64,000 nucleotides of DNA from an uncultured Staphylococcaceae bacterium (GCA_964437955.1 CAYTIR010000005.1:1366-65365); one strand, 5' to 3'; positions 1 through 11,449 are shown, numbered from the stretch's first letter. Translations and numbers: made by a program. The notes: a model not told the origin generated them from the sequence alone.

Positions 1-1
1 C

Positions 2-241
2 GTCAGTGCACACATCGGTAAAGATCAGCAGAACAAGCATGATGTAATGGATGTTTTTTTCACTGAATTGGAAGATACAGGTTTTAACATATACGTCGCC
101 GGCGGAATTGATGAAACCAACTTGGAGGATTACATGCACCTGAATCCTTCTGTTGTCATAGTAGGCAGTGGTATAACTAAAGCTGCCGATAAAGTTGCAA
201 AAGCGGGTTTGATTAAAAATACATTGGGTAAATATAATTGA
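2..241 (+). CDS. 3-hexulose-6-phosphate synthase / KGPDC-family (OMP-decarboxylase-like) protein, C-terminal part; 5' end lies outside the window
   Basis: The frame is open from the window edge. C-terminal motifs VAGGI...VVIVGSGITKA are typical of this (beta/alpha)8 family. Confidence 0.5.
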   Translation, partial: VSAHIGKDQQNKHDVMDVFFTELEDTGFNIYVAGGIDETNLEDYMHLNPSVVIVGSGITKAADKVAKAGLIKNTLGKYN

Positions 242-330
242 ACCTGTGACTGAGACAGTGGATGCTGGCAGGGGGGATGAGCATGAGAATGTTTATCCTC
301 TTTTTTAATTTAAATGGAGTGTGAAGGATA

Positions 331-1098
331 ATGACTAAAATATACGCGCACAGAGGTGCCATGGGGACTTACCCTGAGAATACGATGCTGGCTTTTGAAA
401 AGGCGCTCGAGATGGGTGTGGACGGCCTGGAGGTTGACGTGCATATGACATCGGATGGTGAACTGGTCGTAATCCATGATGAATATGTGGAACGTAGGAC
501 TGACGGTGAAGGCATGATCAGGGATATGACGCTCGAGCAGGTCCGGAAATTGAGCGCAGGAGTGAGGTATAAGGACTTCCCGGCATATGAAGAGGCATGG
601 GATGATGAAAAGGTCCCCACTTTGGAGGAAGTACTCGAACTTGCAGAACGGCATGATATAGAACTGAATATTGAACTCAAGACGAACAAAGTTTTATATG
701 AAGGCATTGAAGAAAAAGTGGATGCGATGGTGAGCGGGTTTTCAATCGAACACAAGGTTGTTTATTCCTCCTTCCATCTGCCGACGCTGATCAGGATGAA
801 GACGATAGATCCGAATGCGAGAATCGCGTGGCTAAATAAGAAAGTCCCGGCAATCATTTATGATTATATCAATACGCTGAAATTGGATGCTGTACATCTT
901 TCTTATAAGGCGGTACTGAAAAAAATGGAGCGTATACGTAAAACCGAAGATAAGGTACGCGTGTGGACGGTAAATGACAAAGAGAGTGCCAAACAGTTCT
1001 TTGAACTGGGCGTTGAAGCGATAATGACGGATTTTCCAGAAGAGATGATACAGGTCAGGGAAGCATATGAGGGCGCTGTAGAGGGAAGAGGCAAGTAA
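331..1098 (+). CDS. glycerophosphodiester phosphodiesterase (GDPD family)
   Basis: N-terminal YAHRGA...PENT...AFE and GVDGLEVDVHMTSDGELVVIHDE motifs. AGGA-type RBS lies upstream. Confidence 0.85.
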   Translation: MTKIYAHRGAMGTYPENTMLAFEKALEMGVDGLEVDVHMTSDGELVVIHDEYVERRTDGEGMIRDMTLEQVRKLSAGVRYKDFPAYEEAWDDEKVPTLEEVLELAERHDIELNIELKTNKVLYEGIEEKVDAMVSGFSIEHKVVYSSFHLPTLIRMKTIDPNARIAWLNKKVPAIIYDYINTLKLDAVHLSYKAVLKKMERIRKTEDKVRVWTVNDKESAKQFFELGVEAIMTDFPEEMIQVREAYEGAVEGRGK

Positions 1099-1120
1099 TC
1101 AGTTAAATGGGGTTGATGAT

Positions 1121-2623
1121 ATGGAAAACGAAGTGTTGATTGCCGGTGCCGGCCCGACCGGACTTGCAATAGCGGTCGGTCTTGAGCGGCATGGGATTCC
1201 ATTCAGGATTATAGATAAAGCGGATGGCCCCGGGGAAGAATCACGGGCGATGGTCGTCCATGCGAGGACGCTTGAATTATATGATTCGTTCGGTCTTGCC
1301 GAAGAGATGGTAGAGCGGGGGATCATCGCTGACAATATTGCCATTTTCAACGATGGAAAAAGAAGAGCCGGGTTTGATTTTGGAAGTATTGGAAAGGGGC
1401 TCAGCCGTTTTCCATTTGTATTGAGTCTGCCGCAGGACGAGCATGAGCGGATCATCATCCGATACTTGCAGGAGAAGAATATTGAAATCGAATGGAACCG
1501 GGAGCTGGTCGGCTACGAGGAAACAGATGATAAAGTCAAAGCTGTCATATCCGATGGTGAACAAACAGAAACGTATGAATATGGTTATTTATGCGGCTGT
1601 GATGGACCGGGGAGCAATGTCAGAAAGCAGATGGGCTATGACTTTCCCGGAGGTACGTATGAGGAAGTGTTCTTTGTCGCCGATGTGATGAGCGGCGTTG
1701 AAGCGGATGGTGTGCAAATCCATATGTCCAAAGAAGGCTTCGCACTTGTACTGCCGGTGAGGATGTCGGGGTCCCACCGCATCATCGGCCTGGTGCCGGA
1801 ACATGTTGCCGGAAGGAAAGAAGATGCCCGGTACGAAGATGTCAGTGAATACGTGGAGAACCATGTCGGAATAAAAGCTGAAACAATCAACTGGTTCTCA
1901 ACCTACAAAGTTCACCACAGAGCCAGTGAGCATTTCAGGAAAGGGAGGGTATTCCTTTCCGGTGATGCAGCGCATATCCACAGTCCGGCAGGCGGACAGG
2001 GGATGAACACAGGCATCGGTGATGCGATGAACCTGTCCTGGAAACTGGCCAAAGTTATGAAACGTGAGATGGACGAAAGGATCCTATCCTCCTATGAAGC
2101 TGAGCGTATTCCGTTTGCAAGGCTCCTTGTCAGTACGACGGATCGGGTATTCAAAGGCATGATCGGGGGCGGGATGTTTTCTGAAGCGGTCCGAAATGTA
2201 TTCATACCGAATGTTGCACCCAATATTATCCGGTATAAAGTAATGAGGCGGCAGATGTTCCGTCTGGTTTCCCAAATCCATATAGACTATGCGGACAGTG
2301 GGCTATCAATCGGCAGAGCAGGCAGGATAAAAGCGGGGGACCGTCTGCCATGGATGAAGTACGGCGAGGGTGACAACTATGAACCGTTGGACGGAACGGA
2401 CTTCCAGTATCATCTTTACGGTCAGACCAGTTCTGAAATGCGGCGTTTTATAGAAGACACGGGTCTTAATTTCCATGAATTCAATTGGACGGCCGAAGCC
2501 AGAAGGGCGGGCATTGAAAAGAACACTGTCATGCTGATCCGTCCGGACGGTCATATAGCGGTGATAGCTGATGATAACAATGTGGAACGTTTTTTCGAAT
2601 ATGAAAAAACATTTATGAAATAG
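1121..2623 (+). CDS. FAD-dependent aromatic-ring monooxygenase family protein
   Basis: GAGPTGL dinucleotide-binding motif and GDAAHIHSPAGGQGMNTGIGDAMNL FAD motif. 500 aa. Confidence 0.8.
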   Translation: MENEVLIAGAGPTGLAIAVGLERHGIPFRIIDKADGPGEESRAMVVHARTLELYDSFGLAEEMVERGIIADNIAIFNDGKRRAGFDFGSIGKGLSRFPFVLSLPQDEHERIIIRYLQEKNIEIEWNRELVGYEETDDKVKAVISDGEQTETYEYGYLCGCDGPGSNVRKQMGYDFPGGTYEEVFFVADVMSGVEADGVQIHMSKEGFALVLPVRMSGSHRIIGLVPEHVAGRKEDARYEDVSEYVENHVGIKAETINWFSTYKVHHRASEHFRKGRVFLSGDAAHIHSPAGGQGMNTGIGDAMNLSWKLAKVMKREMDERILSSYEAERIPFARLLVSTTDRVFKGMIGGGMFSEAVRNVFIPNVAPNIIRYKVMRRQMFRLVSQIHIDYADSGLSIGRAGRIKAGDRLPWMKYGEGDNYEPLDGTDFQYHLYGQTSSEMRRFIEDTGLNFHEFNWTAEARRAGIEKNTVMLIRPDGHIAVIADDNNVERFFEYEKTFMK

Positions 2624-2693
2624 TGGATGTAGTTTGACTGTTTCCATGTCTTGCTTTATCATGTTCTATAACCTAGCAATTAAATATGAATTT

Positions 2694-2800
2694 ACTTTTA
2701 TCCAGAGAGGTGGAGGGACATGGCCCTTTGAAACCTCGGCATCAGGTCATTATGATACTGTGCCAATTCCATCAGGCTTTTAAAGTCTGGAAGATAAGAT
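2694..2800 (+). promoter_or_regulatory. SAM-I (S-box) riboswitch aptamer
   Basis: cttttatccAGAGAGGTGGAGGGAcatGGCCCtttGAAACCtcggca...gtGCCAATTCCatcag...gaAGATAAGa matches the conserved S-box core. P1 is formed by cttatc/gataag. Confidence 0.85.
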
Positions 2801-2808
2801 GAGCCGGT

Positions 2809-2846
2809 GAATGCGCTTTTCTTATATGGAAAGTGCATTTTTTAGT
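2809..2846 (+). terminator. S-box expression-platform terminator
   Basis: aatgcgcttt / aaagtgcatt stem followed by tttttt. tcttat in the 5' arm can alternatively pair with the P1 3' strand ataaga. Confidence 0.7.
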
Positions 2847-2886
2847 ATCCGGCTTTGGATGAGGGTTGTGGAAAGGTGTTGGGTAT

Positions 2887-3837
2887 ATGTCTAAAATTTA
2901 TATCATTCATGAAAACGCCGAGTGGACGGCTCCGCTCTATAAACGCTTTGAAGAACTTGGACTCCCTTATGAGGATTGGAACTTGACCCGGGGGACCGTT
3001 GATTTAAATGAAGTCCCGCCGGAAGGTGTCTTTTACAACAGGATGAGTGCGTCGTCCCATACCAGAGGGAACAGATATGCGCCTGAACTGGCACATGCGG
3101 TGCTGGCATGGCTGGAACACTATGGCAGAACAGTGATTAACGGCAGTGCGGCATTGGATCTTGAAGTGAGTAAAGTCAGGCAGTATCTGGAACTTGAAAA
3201 ATATGGTGTGAAGACACCGGAAACTATTGCATGTGTGGGCAAGGAGCAATTAGTTGAAGCGTCACTCAAATTTGAAGGCAGGCCGTTCATCACTAAGCAT
3301 AACAGGGCGGGAAAAGGACTTGGAGTGCAGCTGTTCCAGTCGACCGAAGGACTGCGGAGTTACGTTGAAAGTGATGAATTCGAAGTACCGGTCGATGGCA
3401 TCACTCTGATCCAGTCATTCATCGAATCACCGGAACCTTATATTACAAGATGTGAATTTGTCGGCGGGGAATTCATATATGCTGTCATGGTCGATACTTC
3501 AGGAGGATTCGAGCTGTGCCCGGCAGATGCATGCTCGGTGGAAGACTTGTTCTGCCCGGCTGGTGATCAGGCGGGTGACGCGCCGAAGTTCCAGATCATA
3601 AAAGGATTCGATGATCCAATCATTGAAAAGTACAAAAAAGTACTTCGGCATAATGATATTCAGATTGCCGGAATAGAATTCATCAGAGATCATGAGGGTA
3701 ATATATTCACTTATGATATAAACACGAACACAAACTATAACAGCAATGCAGAAGAAGTGGGTAAACAGTATGGTATGCTTGAAATTGCGAAGTATTTGGG
3801 ATATTTGCTGAAACATGAACCTGTAGAAAACAGGTAG
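2887..3837 (+). CDS. ATP-grasp domain ligase (RimK/glutathione-synthetase-like), specific function unknown
   Basis: MSKIYIIHEN start with a GGAAAGGTG RBS; the ORF-track TTG at 2866 is less likely. ATP-grasp layout: KVRQYLELEKYGVKTPET...FITKHNRAGKGLGVQLF...IEFI...NTNTNYN. Confidence 0.7.
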   Translation: MSKIYIIHENAEWTAPLYKRFEELGLPYEDWNLTRGTVDLNEVPPEGVFYNRMSASSHTRGNRYAPELAHAVLAWLEHYGRTVINGSAALDLEVSKVRQYLELEKYGVKTPETIACVGKEQLVEASLKFEGRPFITKHNRAGKGLGVQLFQSTEGLRSYVESDEFEVPVDGITLIQSFIESPEPYITRCEFVGGEFIYAVMVDTSGGFELCPADACSVEDLFCPAGDQAGDAPKFQIIKGFDDPIIEKYKKVLRHNDIQIAGIEFIRDHEGNIFTYDINTNTNYNSNAEEVGKQYGMLEIAKYLGYLLKHEPVENR

Positions 3838-3844
3838 AAGATTA

Positions 3845-3885
3845 AATGACCGGACTTTCATATGAAAGTCCGGTCATTGTTTTGT
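3845..3885. terminator. terminator between convergent genes
   Basis: atgaccggacttt / aaagtccggtcat perfect 13-bp stem followed by a T-rich tail. Confidence 0.75.
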
Positions 3886-3925
3886 AAAGGAGGGGGGTAC
3901 ACTCCCGACGTTGAAATAATGGAAA

Positions 3926-4276
3926 CTAATTTTTTACGTCCTCGAGCATATCCACCAACAGCTGCTGCAGCGGCAGGCGGCCGAGCAGTGCCCATGCCGG
4001 GTATTTATCGAGCCCAAGCTGCTCCTGGTGAGTATACATATAGACATTGGCGGGGAATACCGCCCACAGGAATTTCTGCATACCACTGATCTGCCAGCTA
4101 CTTGCTTTATTCAGCAGCAGCAGTGTTCCGAATATGAATTCCAGCGCACCTGTGAAATAGGCGAAGAATATTTTGAAGGGGACGAGTGCAGGTATGATCC
4201 TGGCGAACGCACCGGGTTTTAGAAAATGGACGATTCCTGCAATCAGGAATACGGCCCCCATGAATAGTCGTTTCAT
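3926..4276 (-). CDS. DoxX-like small membrane protein
   Basis: 116 aa with 3-4 hydrophobic helices. GAGAGGAG RBS. Confidence 0.55.
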   Translation of the reverse strand: MKRLFMGAVFLIAGIVHFLKPGAFARIIPALVPFKIFFAYFTGALEFIFGTLLLLNKASSWQISGMQKFLWAVFPANVYMYTHQEQLGLDKYPAWALLGRLPLQQLLVDMLEDVKN

Positions 4277-4335
4277 TCTTATTTCTCCTCTCTGAAAGTT
4301 GTGCTGGTTTGTGTATTCCTGTAATTTTCACTTCA

Positions 4336-4370
4336 TAAACAAAAGACGCCTCCATAAGGAGGCGCCTTTA
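4336..4370 (-). terminator. pbuX terminator
   Basis: On the minus strand, ggcgcctcc ttat ggaggcgtc is followed by ttttgttt. Confidence 0.75.
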
Positions 4371-4374
4371 AAGG

Positions 4375-6295
<1,921 letters not shown>

Positions 6296-6313
6296 TTAAA
6301 ACCATGCTTCCAA

Positions 6314-6369
6314 ATAAAAAAATCCCGAAACAAGTACGCATCCATGGGATGAGCAATCATTTCGGGATC
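6314..6369 (-). terminator. xpt riboswitch terminator
   Basis: On the minus strand, atcccgaaa...tttcgggat is followed by ttttttt. tgctcatcccat can pair with the P1 3' strand atgggtgagca as an antiterminator. Confidence 0.8.
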
Positions 6370-6412
6370 AATAGAATGGATACAGAATATCAATTCCAAT
6401 ATAGTCCATTAT

Positions 6413-6487
6413 GTGCTCACCCATAGTCGGACCATTTACGGTGTCCGGTAGAAACTTGCAGACCTTATCACTGCGATTATATGAGTG
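6413..6487 (-). promoter_or_regulatory. purine riboswitch, guanine-type
   Basis: The minus strand reads cactcatataatcgcagtgataaggtctgcaagtttctaccggacaccgtaaatggtccgaCtatgggtgag, nearly identical to the B. subtilis xpt aptamer. The discriminator position is C. Confidence 0.9.
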
Positions 6488-6508
6488 TTTTTATTTTAGA
6501 ATAATACT

Positions 6509-6536
6509 ATTGTAACACCATTCACGAACTTTTCAA
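6509..6536 (-). promoter_or_regulatory. xpt promoter
   Basis: On the minus strand: TTGAAA, 16-nt spacer, TGtTACAAT (extended -10), about 20 nt upstream of the aptamer. Confidence 0.6.
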
Positions 6537-6671
6537 TGGTTTATAAAGTTTAAGTTCCTGTTTTAATGTGTTTTCATTTTAATTCAAGAGATAACTTTCG
6601 TCATTTGGACAAATTTCATGCAGGAATATCTTTTTAGTATAATGGAGAAACCAGCAACTATATAAGGAGGA

Positions 6672-7094
6672 ATGATTTTGTTCCAGCTGATCATAGATTA
6701 TTTTAAGAATACATTTCAATTCAAAGGAAAAACGGCGCGGAAAGACTACTGGCTGCTCAACATCTTTTTCGGACTGACCGGCATCGTACTTGCTGTTTTC
6801 AAAGCGCCGGAAAAAGTACAGAATATTTTAGGCGGCATAATATCAATACCGATGATTTCCCTTACTTCAAGACGGTATCAGGATGCAGGGGTTTCGGGGT
6901 GGTTCCAGCTGCCTCAGATGATGTCATTTCTGCTGCTGCCGATCGCTTTCATGAGCTTCGCCAAAAAGTGGATGAAGGCAGCAGTCATCACTTTGGTCAT
7001 ATTGCTTAACATTGCCGGCTTCATACTGACGCTGCTGCCGAGTGCAGGAAATAACAACCATGGCAGACGGTCGGAAATTTTTACTGAATATTAA
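6672..7094 (+). CDS. DUF805-family inner membrane protein
   Basis: FKGKTARKDYWLLNIFFGL signature plus 3-4 TM helices. The AAGGAGG RBS fits the in-frame TTG at 6678 equally well. Confidence 0.7.
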   Translation: MILFQLIIDYFKNTFQFKGKTARKDYWLLNIFFGLTGIVLAVFKAPEKVQNILGGIISIPMISLTSRRYQDAGVSGWFQLPQMMSFLLLPIAFMSFAKKWMKAAVITLVILLNIAGFILTLLPSAGNNNHGRRSEIFTEY

Positions 7095-7125
7095 TAAAAA
7101 AATTAGTGAAAACACTTCCACGCCG

Positions 7126-7134
7126 TGCTATAAT
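7126..7134 (+). promoter_or_regulatory. extended -10 promoter element for the small ORF
   Basis: TGcTATAAT lies 33 nt upstream of the ATG at 7167. Confidence 0.45.
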
Positions 7135-7166
7135 TCCCTTAACAATTTATAGAAAGGGAGATCGTT

Positions 7167-7277
7167 ATGGATGCATCAATTTCAGATTTTCTCATCCAGC
7201 TTGCTGGAATAGCGGCAATTGGCGGTTTCGGATATTTAGTCTACAGCCTCAATCAAAATCACGAAAAAGACACTTAA
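7167..7277 (+). CDS. 36-aa small membrane peptide (below the ORF-track cutoff)
   Basis: MDASISDFLIQLAGIAAIGGFGYLVYSLNQNHEKDT has one TM helix. AAGGGAG RBS 6 nt upstream, its own extended -10, and a hairpin with T-run downstream. Confidence 0.55.
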   Translation: MDASISDFLIQLAGIAAIGGFGYLVYSLNQNHEKDT

Positions 7278-7432
7278 CAAATTAAGCAGTACGAATAAAT
7301 ACCATATATATTTTAGGCTGTCACCTTTTTGGTGCCGGCTTTTTTTAATTTTCAACTGAAGGGAAATTGAAAAAGTTCACAAAGTTGTTTATTATAAATG
7401 GGCTGTACTTTTTATAAATCAGGATAGAGAGA

Positions 7433-8482
7433 GTGGGTAACGTGTTGGAATTTTTAAGACGGCAGTCGCGCAATCTTTTCCCCGGCTATTTTGCGATGGT
7501 CATGGCAACCGGCGCATTATCGCTTTCATGCTGGTACTTGGGACTGCCAGTGGCTGCGGAAGTGCTCATATATTTTAACATATTAATATACATCATCCTG
7601 CTTGTTTTGAATGTATTACGGCTCACGCTCAACACGGATGAATTTCTGGAGGATATCGGAAACCACAGTAAGGGACCCGGATTCTTCACGTTGATTGCCG
7701 GGACCGAAGTGCTCGGAAGCCAGCTGGTCGTCATCAAGGGGCTTTATATCTGGGGATTGATATTTTGGAGTGCGGCATTCTTTCTCTGGATCATTCTGAT
7801 GTACACTTTTTTTACCATCATAATAGTGAAGAAAGTGAAACCGGTAATTGAAGAGGCGGTGAATGGCGGTTGGCTGCTTGCGGTCGTTTCCACGCAATCC
7901 ATTGCGGTGCTTGGAACTCTGGTTGCTTCGGGTATGGGTACATACAGTGAAATCATATTATTCATATCACTTTGCCACTTTTTGCTGGGATGTATGCTTT
8001 ACCTAAATATCATTGCCTTCATCTTCTACAGGCTGATGTTCCTGAAAGTCGAAGCGATGTCGCTGGCACCGCCATACTGGATCAATATGGGGGCACTCGC
8101 AATTACCACCCTTGCCGGATCAGTCCTTATGATATATGGGATGGGATCACCCCTTGTCCGGGAATTGGAAGCTTTCATCAAAGGCTTCACACTCTTCTAC
8201 TGGGTGCTCGGGACATGGTGGATTCCACTGCTCATCACCCTTGGTGTATGGCGTCATGTCATGAACCATTATCCCTTCACTTATGACCCCCAGATGTGGG
8301 GGATGGCATTCCCGATCGCAATGTATACCGTGGGCACGACAAAACTGTCCCTCGCACTGGATCTGGAATTTCTGATGGTCATTCCGCATATAACGATATT
8401 TGCGGCCATCGGTGTGTGGCTGTCCATACTGGCCGGTATGGTATTCAGCCTGAAAAGAAGAATGAAATTGCTTTTGAAATAA
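7433..8482 (+). CDS. TDT-family (TehA/Mae1/SLAC1-like) anion/C4-dicarboxylate transporter
   Basis: FPGYFAMVMATGALS N-terminal signature and about 10 TM helices. 349 aa. Start codon (GTG 7433 or 7442) is uncertain. Confidence 0.7.
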   Translation: MGNVLEFLRRQSRNLFPGYFAMVMATGALSLSCWYLGLPVAAEVLIYFNILIYIILLVLNVLRLTLNTDEFLEDIGNHSKGPGFFTLIAGTEVLGSQLVVIKGLYIWGLIFWSAAFFLWIILMYTFFTIIIVKKVKPVIEEAVNGGWLLAVVSTQSIAVLGTLVASGMGTYSEIILFISLCHFLLGCMLYLNIIAFIFYRLMFLKVEAMSLAPPYWINMGALAITTLAGSVLMIYGMGSPLVRELEAFIKGFTLFYWVLGTWWIPLLITLGVWRHVMNHYPFTYDPQMWGMAFPIAMYTVGTTKLSLALDLEFLMVIPHITIFAAIGVWLSILAGMVFSLKRRMKLLLK

Positions 8483-8487
8483 ATGAT

Positions 8488-8530
8488 GCCTGCTGCAGTT
8501 GAACCGTAGTTCAACTGCAGCAGGCAATTT
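8488..8530. terminator. bidirectional terminator
   Basis: gcctgctgcagttgaac cgta gttcaactgcagcaggc forms a 17-bp perfect stem. Confidence 0.8.
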
Positions 8531-8606
8531 TAATATTAATAGAAAAATAAAAGTGAGGCCACAATTATCAGGGCAGCAGATTGGAAACAGGGTCATTGTT
8601 CATTCA

Positions 8607-9539
8607 TCAGAACATCTGAAGGAGCACGATGCCAAAGAGAATCATGATGACACCGATTATCCGCCTCGAATCGATGGCGTGCCTGTGGATGCCGAGGAGT
8701 CCGAAATGATCGATCAGGAGGCCCATCAGCATCTGTCCGAAAATGACAGTCATCAGTGTGAGTGTTGCACCAAGATACGGCATCAGTACGATATTGGTTG
8801 TAACATACAGGGCGCCGAGTATCCCGCCGATGAAATGCCAAGGCTTTATTTTACCGAGTGTCTTGTCATAAGTGACGAAACGGATATGTTTCGCAATGAT
8901 CACCGATAACAGGAGGAGTGCGACGGTTCCTACGATGAAGGAGACCAGTGATGCAAAAAAGAATGAATCGACTTCATGCCGGAGCGCACTGTTTACAGCA
9001 GTCTGGATTGGAGGCATGGCGCCTGTGAAAAGGCCGAGTGCCAGCCATAGATTCGAAGATTCCGCAGCAGTGCGTGCGCTTTTCTTCTTGTAGTTCATGA
9101 AGATGATTCCGGCGATCATGATGACGATGCCGAGCACCCTGTAAACGTTGATGGGCTGGACGGCGGCGTCGAACCAGCCGAAAGTGTCGATCATGAGGCC
9201 GATCACCATCTGGCCGGCGACAGTCATGATAACGGTGAGTGCAGCACCGATCTTCGGCAGCAGGATGACGTTCCCTGTCAGATAGATGACACCCATCAGT
9301 CCTCCGACAAACCAAATGTATGAGAAGTCCTGAGACATTATGTATGCAGGCAGCAGTTTTTCAGGATTTGCGGACAGATTGAAGATGATCAGTAGAATCG
9401 TGCCCACTAAAAATGAGTAGAATGAAGACAGGAAGACAGAGCGCGTAAATACAGCCAGCCGGCTGTTGATGGAAGTCTGGACAGGAATCAGTGACCCGGC
9501 GACTGCCCCGAGCAGTATCAGCATTATCAAATCTTCCAT
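8607..9539 (-). CDS. DMT-superfamily transporter, duplicated DUF606 (YdcZ-like)
   Basis: LIPVQTSINSRL and a second PPIQTAVNSAL repeat indicate two DUF606 halves. About 10 TM helices. Confidence 0.7.
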   Translation of the reverse strand: MEDLIMLILLGAVAGSLIPVQTSINSRLAVFTRSVFLSSFYSFLVGTILLIIFNLSANPEKLLPAYIMSQDFSYIWFVGGLMGVIYLTGNVILLPKIGAALTVIMTVAGQMVIGLMIDTFGWFDAAVQPINVYRVLGIVIMIAGIIFMNYKKKSARTAAESSNLWLALGLFTGAMPPIQTAVNSALRHEVDSFFFASLVSFIVGTVALLLLSVIIAKHIRFVTYDKTLGKIKPWHFIGGILGALYVTTNIVLMPYLGATLTLMTVIFGQMLMGLLIDHFGLLGIHRHAIDSRRIIGVIMILFGIVLLQMF

Positions 9540-9668
9540 CTCCTTTTATTTATAAGTATTAAGTCATTTTATATGAGACTGCACATATTGGCAACTGCAT
9601 TTAAGGCTTATCTAATACCGCAGCCTTTAGTATACTTGAACAAGAAAGAAATGTTTGGAGTGGATGTT

Positions 9669-10835
9669 ATGAATAAAGTGAGTACAGAGTTGGAGACAGC
9701 TTTGATCAATTGGCGCAGGCATATCCACAGGAACCCGGAACTATCCTATAAAGAATATGGCACTGCAGATTATATAGAAAACATACTCATGTCTTTTGAC
9801 GGCATTGAAGTATCAAGGCCGACCGCTACGAGCGTGATGGGCGTGCTCAGTGGAAAGAAAACCGATGGTCCGGTGATACTGCTGCGGGCAGATATTGATG
9901 CCCTGCCCATAAAAGAGGAAACCGGCCTGGAATTTGCATCGGAAAATCCCGGTGTGATGCATGCATGCGGACACGATGCCCATGCCTCAATGCTGCTCGG
10001 TGCAGCGAGGGAATTGTCCGGGATGAAAGACCGGATTAACGGAGAAATCAGATTCATATTCCAGCATGCAGAGGAAGATTTCCCCGGCGGGGCATATGAA
10101 CTCGTGGATCTCGGAGTGGCCGATGGTGTGGATTACGCTTTCGCGCTCCATGTTTCCCCAGACTATGAAACTGGATATTTCTCAGTCCGGGAAGGTGCAT
10201 TTTGCGCAGCAGCGGATGACTTCCGCATTAAGATAACCGGCAGAGGCGGCCATGCAGCCATTCCGGATTCAACGATAGATCCGATCATCGTAGGCTCGGA
10301 ATTTACAATGAGTCTGCAGACGATTGTCTCGAGGAAGATATCCCCGCACAAAGTACCGGTCATATCAGTTACCAATTTCCACAGCGGAGATGCCATGAAT
10401 GTCATACCGGATTCTGTTGAAATCGGCGGCACCATCCGTTCAATAGATGAGGCTTCAAGGGTCCGCGCGCGTGAGGAACTGGAACATATTCTGGAAGGCA
10501 TCACAAGAACACACCGGGCGGAATATACAATTGAGTGGGATATCGGATATCCATCCGTATTCAACCGGACAGAAGCGGTGGATGTAACAAGAGCCGCCGC
10601 TGAAAAGATATATGGGACGGAAAAAATGATTGAAGTGGACCAGCCGATTTTCGGTACGGAAGATTTTTCCTCCTTTTCTCAGGCAGTGCCTGCATCGATG
10701 CAGTTCATCGGTGTACATGCTCCGGATAGAGAGGAATCCTATCCGCTGCATCATCCCAAATTTAATGTGGATGAGGCCGCGCTTGAAAAAGGGGCGCTTT
10801 ATTTTGTGGAAATCGCAAGAAGTCTGGTAATCTGA
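9669..10835 (+). CDS. M20D-family amidohydrolase (N-acyl-amino acid amidohydrolase/hippurate hydrolase-like)
   Basis: WRRHIHRNPELS...HACGHDAH motifs. Start MNKVSTE with a GGAGTGG RBS; the upstream ORF extension is rejected. Confidence 0.85.
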   Translation: MNKVSTELETALINWRRHIHRNPELSYKEYGTADYIENILMSFDGIEVSRPTATSVMGVLSGKKTDGPVILLRADIDALPIKEETGLEFASENPGVMHACGHDAHASMLLGAARELSGMKDRINGEIRFIFQHAEEDFPGGAYELVDLGVADGVDYAFALHVSPDYETGYFSVREGAFCAAADDFRIKITGRGGHAAIPDSTIDPIIVGSEFTMSLQTIVSRKISPHKVPVISVTNFHSGDAMNVIPDSVEIGGTIRSIDEASRVRAREELEHILEGITRTHRAEYTIEWDIGYPSVFNRTEAVDVTRAAAEKIYGTEKMIEVDQPIFGTEDFSSFSQAVPASMQFIGVHAPDREESYPLHHPKFNVDEAALEKGALYFVEIARSLVI

Positions 10836-10867
10836 TAGTATTATAAAAATTTGGAGGAGTAGTGATT

Positions 10868-11449
10868 ATGAACGTTTCAGAGACAATCAGGCAACGACGC
10901 AGCCTGGGCAAATTGAAAGATACACCGGTGGACCGGAAAAAGATCGAGGCGATGCTGGAATCGGCGATTTGGGCGCCGAACCACCACCGTACAGAACCTT
11001 GGAAGTTCTTTGTGCTGAGTGGCGAAGGAAGAAATCCGCTCTCACGTGTCCTGAAAGAAGTGGCGCATGGAAGGGTGGAAGATCCTGAATCCCCAGAAGG
11101 GCAGAAACGTATTGAAAAAATCAGCAGGAAACCGTTTGCCGCCCCAACGGTGATTGTGGTTGCCCTGTCGCCTTCTGACAATCCGAAAGCGATCTATATA
11201 GAAGATGTATGTGCTGTGGCGGCAGCCACACAGAACATGCTGCTGACTGCACATTCGCTCGGACTCGGAGCAATTTGGAGGAGCGGTCCGATATACAATA
11301 CACCAAAAGTGAAGGCGCTCTTTGATCTTAGGGAAGATGAGGAGATTCTGGGAGTTGTATTTACGGGTGAACCTGACATGGTAAAAGACAACGCCAAGCG
11401 CATTCCCTTTGATGAGAAAACAACGTGGATTGACTCAGATGAGGAGTAA
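10868..11449 (+). CDS. nitroreductase family protein
   Basis: IRQRRSLGKL...APNHHRTEPWKF motif. GGAGGAG RBS; GTG at 10862 is an alternative start. Confidence 0.8.
   Translation: MNVSETIRQRRSLGKLKDTPVDRKKIEAMLESAIWAPNHHRTEPWKFFVLSGEGRNPLSRVLKEVAHGRVEDPESPEGQKRIEKISRKPFAAPTVIVVALSPSDNPKAIYIEDVCAVAAATQNMLLTAHSLGLGAIWRSGPIYNTPKVKALFDLREDEEILGVVFTGEPDMVKDNAKRIPFDEKTTWIDSDEE

Noticed and set aside
3862-4089. 75-aa plus-strand ORF with an Ala/Gly-rich stretch
   Set aside because: It is antisense to the DoxX-like gene, has no RBS, and begins inside the terminator hairpin.
6509-6517. TGTTACAAT as a special regulator motif shared by the xpt, pheA-leader and lipoprotein promoters
   Set aside because: It reads as an ordinary extended -10 (TGnTACAAT) for the housekeeping sigma factor. 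Recurrence at unrelated genes argues for generic promoter usage.
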